Source: Chlorokybus atmophyticus (Eukaryota > Plantae > Mesostigma and Chlorokybus algae). Taken from it: 64,000 bases of DNA. Within the stretch, counting starts at the first letter, position 1; each line of letters opens with the position of its first letter. This document shows, in pieces, positions 53,452-64,000 of the stretch. Location: positions 1,079,906 through 1,143,905 of the forward strand of contig RHPI01002048.1 in assembly GCA_009103225.1 (NCBI GenBank). The letters run 5' to 3'. The notes under the pieces are model-generated. The model was not told the DNA's origin, ran no database searches, and worked only from the letters and a program-made list of their open reading frames with translations. A program made the translations under genes and the position numbers.

Positions 53452-55256
53452 TTGGAAGAAGTCTTGGTGGAGCAGAGGTGCAAGGCTCTGCTAGATGCAA
53501 GCACATCGGACTTTGCGGCCGCAACCGTCATGCCCCTTAAAACGGATTTAGCAAGCAACTGGACAAACCGGCGTATGTGCGGCGGCTACCGCCCCCTCAA
53601 CAACAAGACCAAGCAAGACAAATATCTAATGCCTACTGCGGAAGGTATCTTTGATGATGTAAGAGACTGTACCATCTTCAGCATCATGAACATGCGCCAA
53701 GGGTACAACCAGATCGCCATCAAGGAGGAGGACAAGCACAAGACCTCTTTCAGGGGCGATCGGCAGCTGTACCAGTGGAAGGTTGTGCCTTTCAAACTGA
53801 AGAATGCTCCTGCCAAGTTCCAGCGCGTCATGAACAAAGCCTTGAAGGGGCTGGACTTCGCGCGATGCTACATTGACGACATTCTTATCTTCAGCCGCAG
53901 CAACAAAAAGCACCTACAGCACATCAAGGAGGTGCTGGAGAGACTCAAGGGGGTGGGGATGACTGTGCACCCCGACAAGTGCACTTTCTTCACTCACAAG
54001 GTACCCTACCTATGGCACATGATTGTGCCCCACGGTGTGTACGTACAGCAGGCAAAGGTGGAGGCCCTGGCAGCTATCCCTGTTCCAACGGACCTTACGC
54101 GCCTGTGCGCCTTCCTGAGCCTTGCCAACTATTATCGCCGGTTCGTGAAGGACTTTACAAAGATCGTGCGGCCCCTCAACGAGCTCCTGAAGAAGGAAGT
54201 GGAGTTTGTGTGGAAGGAGCCACAGCAGCAGGCGTTTGAGAAGCTAAAAAGCAGTCTCACCACAGCCCCTATCCTTCAACGCCCTGACTACACCAAGCTT
54301 TTCATCCTCCACACCGACTGGAGCAAGCTCAGAATGGGGGCTGTGCTGGTGCAGCACGATGAGAACAAGAAGGAGCGGGTGGTGTCATACGCCAGCCGAA
54401 GCAACAACAGCACCCTTGGCACGTGGCAACCGTTACACGTACGTCTGGTCATGAGCCAGCACTTCTTCAAATGGGTGGAGCTGGTGCCATTACCCGGCAA
54501 AAGCAACAGGGGGGTGTCTCAAGCCTTCCTCTCCCATGTTCTCAGCCGGTTCGGCCGCTGCGGTGAGGTCATCACCAAGGCATTGAGTTGATACGGGAGT
54601 TCGACACCCCGTTGAACAGATGCTACATTGATCATCGCCGCACTTCGCGAGACCACCTCAAAGCCGACGGTCTCGCCGAACGTACAGTGCAGACCATCAA
54701 GAAGGCACTCCGCAAGTACGTGCTGGAGTATAAGAAGAACACCTGGGACAACCAGCTTCCGTGGGTGGCCCTTGAATACCGATTGTTCAAGCAGGCGGCT
54801 CTGCGCGAGTACAGCCCATACCTGCTATTCGGTCGTCCGCCATTGCTTCCCTTTTGTGCACAGCAAGAAGTAGATCGGGTGGTAAACAACCTCGACGATC
54901 CCAACTGGATGCACCAACATTACCACACGCGCCGCGCAGTTCGAGCGCACCGTCCCTACGGCCTTCAACAACCTATGCATTGCACAGCACCGCGACACTC
55001 TGCGCTACGAGCGCGTGCGCAGCGGCTTCTACAAGGAGCGCCAATGGCGGTTTCAGGCATGGGACTTTGCCTACCGCATGGCAGCCACCAAGAACACGCT
55101 CGACACCTCCATGGGCCGCACCGTCTACAAGGTACTCAAGGTGTCCCCACAAGGGTGCTGGACCTCCTTGGTCAAAACGGAGAGAGGTTGAAAGACAACA
55201 TAGTGAACTGCGCGCCATGTCACCTTCCTTACATAGCTGGCTTTGCGCGCATCTAG
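53452..55256 (+). pseudogene. Gypsy reverse transcriptase, partial RNase H and DDE integrase core, with an internal deletion and frameshift
   Basis: RMCGGYRPLN, GYNQI, VVPFKLKNAPAKFQR, YIDDILIFS, FLSLANYYRRFV, LHTDWS. The sequence then jumps to FKWVELVPLP...VLSRFG, ADGLAERTVQTIKKALRK, WDNQLPWV, SPYLLFGR. Confidence 0.92.
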
Positions 55257-55280
55257 CACCCTCGCCCCGCCCGCAGCACA

Positions 55281-55448
55281 CGCTGTGAACGCTGCGGCAG
55301 CGCCGGCGACGACGCACTTATGATGCTCTGCAATGGCTGTAACAAGGGCCTGCATTGCTACTGTCTGGAGCCCCCATTAGACGCAATACCCATGGAAGAG
55401 TATTGGTGCGATAATTGCCACGCCAAAAGCCCTCCTCACTTGCGTTAG
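55281..55448 (+). pseudogene. PHD finger at the integrase C-terminus
   Basis: Translates RCERCGSAGDDALMMLCNGCNKGLHCYCLEPPLDAIPMEEYWCDNCHAKSPPHLR*, a C4HC3 pattern. Confidence 0.88.
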
Positions 55449-56535
55449 CAACTAAGCTGTGGAGCTGGAACCTCCTCAGAAGCTAAGGGGGGTGGCTTGT
55501 TGATTGTGTATTTTACAGCACAGCATGTGCACCAAGGAGGACACCGCCTCCACATATCCGTGCTATTCAGCAACAGCGGAGCAGCTTCACCAAGCACTCG
55601 TCGCCATACGAGCTGGGTTATCTTTTGGTTTTGCTACACGTTACAACATGTTGCAGCAACATGGCTAGCAAGCATGTTTTTCCTTGCAGCGGCCCGAAAC
55701 AGCGGGACCCTCGACTCTCCTCGACCCGACAGCTGTCATGCCTATTGTCCGCACGTGCCTTCGTCGAGCATGCCTACATCGAAACCATCGCCCGGCCTAC
55801 CAACATACCAACTCACGCGCGTCGCTGACCATTAGCTAGGTCATGACTTCAGAGTAGCTCATGACCATAGCCTACATTGGCACCGCGCGCAGCTGTTCAG
55901 TTGTGAGTTCAGTTATAAGTTGTGTTCTATATCGTGTGGGGGATTGCTGTAGAAATAGCCTCGATGTGACCATTAGCTTACGTTCTGAACAGTCATGACT
56001 TGACTTGTATAAGTAGTTACGGTGTTCACCGGATCATCTGGTGACACTGTGAGTGAGAAAGCTAAGAGCTTGTGAAGCGACTTGAACTACTACACACCGT
56101 CCCAATTATCAAGAAACCCCTCACCATGTGAAAGCCAATGCATGCTCGTGTGCACCGTGCCTGTCATTGCTGTGAGCTTGGTTGGCATTAGTTAGGGCAT
56201 AGCATCCACGTGTTGCTTGCTCATTCACCTTAATTAACCGTGTAACATAATTTTCGCTCATGCAAAGAACTGTGTAATCAGCACTACCTATAGTAGTAGC
56301 TTGTTTACTGTGTGTTTTACAGCATAGCATATATACTAAGGAGGACACCGCCTCCACATATCCGTGCTATTCAGCAACAGCGGAGCAGCTCCACCAAGCA
56401 CTCGTCGCCATACGAGCTGGGTTATCTTTTGGTTTTGCTACACGTTACAACATGTTGCAACAACATGGCTAGCAAGCATGTCTTTCCCTGCAGCGGCCCA
56501 AGACAGCGGGACCCTCGACTCACCTCGACCCGACA

Positions 56536-64000
<7,465 letters not shown>

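Larger units (their letters stand above)
44839..56535 (+). mobile_element. Ty3/Gypsy LTR retrotransposon (gag-PR-DNMT-RT-RH-IN-PHD) with split terminal repeats, degenerate, containing nested TRIMs
   Basis: It starts TGTCATG (44839) and ends CCCGACA (56535), flanked by AAGT on both sides. The empty site is seen in a paralogous host repeat at about 61200-61225 (reverse strand). Repeat B: 44839-45440 and 55734-56307. Repeat A: 55493-55731 and 56297-56535. PPT AAGGGGGG at about 55485. Confidence 0.9.

Noticed and set aside
44839-56535. Classification as a DIRS/PAT/Ngaro element because of the split repeats
   Set aside because: The coding region has an aspartic protease and a DDE integrase core, a TSD is present, and no tyrosine recombinase was seen within the element.

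Overview
Eukaryotic nuclear DNA with spliceosomal introns. It is most likely from a green alga of the streptophyte (charophyte) line; this is inferred from plastid-targeted plant-type genes and a DNMT-bearing Gypsy element. Five intact host genes are present: a Cys-type GST, the DEAD-box helicase DDX54/DBP10 head-to-head with a ZCCHC9-like zinc-knuckle gene, and a DUF1499 plastid gene head-to-head with a RETICULATA-related (DUF3411) gene. The rest is a dense nest of transposable elements: an intron-rich CryptonF-type tyrosine-recombinase element; two copies of a Ty3/Gypsy family; three TRIMs nested in those copies; a pogo/Fot1 DNA transposon inside a CRE-like LINE fragment; two TA-flanked MITEs; and three copies of an unclassified intron-containing repeat. 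The most striking object is the Gypsy copy at 44839-56535. It carries a decayed C5 cytosine methyltransferase between protease and RT and a PHD finger after integrase. Its PBS is complementary to its own LTR rather than to an obvious tRNA. In place of two normal LTRs it has a split-repeat layout B1-internal-A1-B2-A2, bounded by TG...CA and a 4-bp TSD. The assembly has artefacts, including single-N junctions with duplicated sequence and N gaps. All coordinates and alignments were read by eye; no searches were run.
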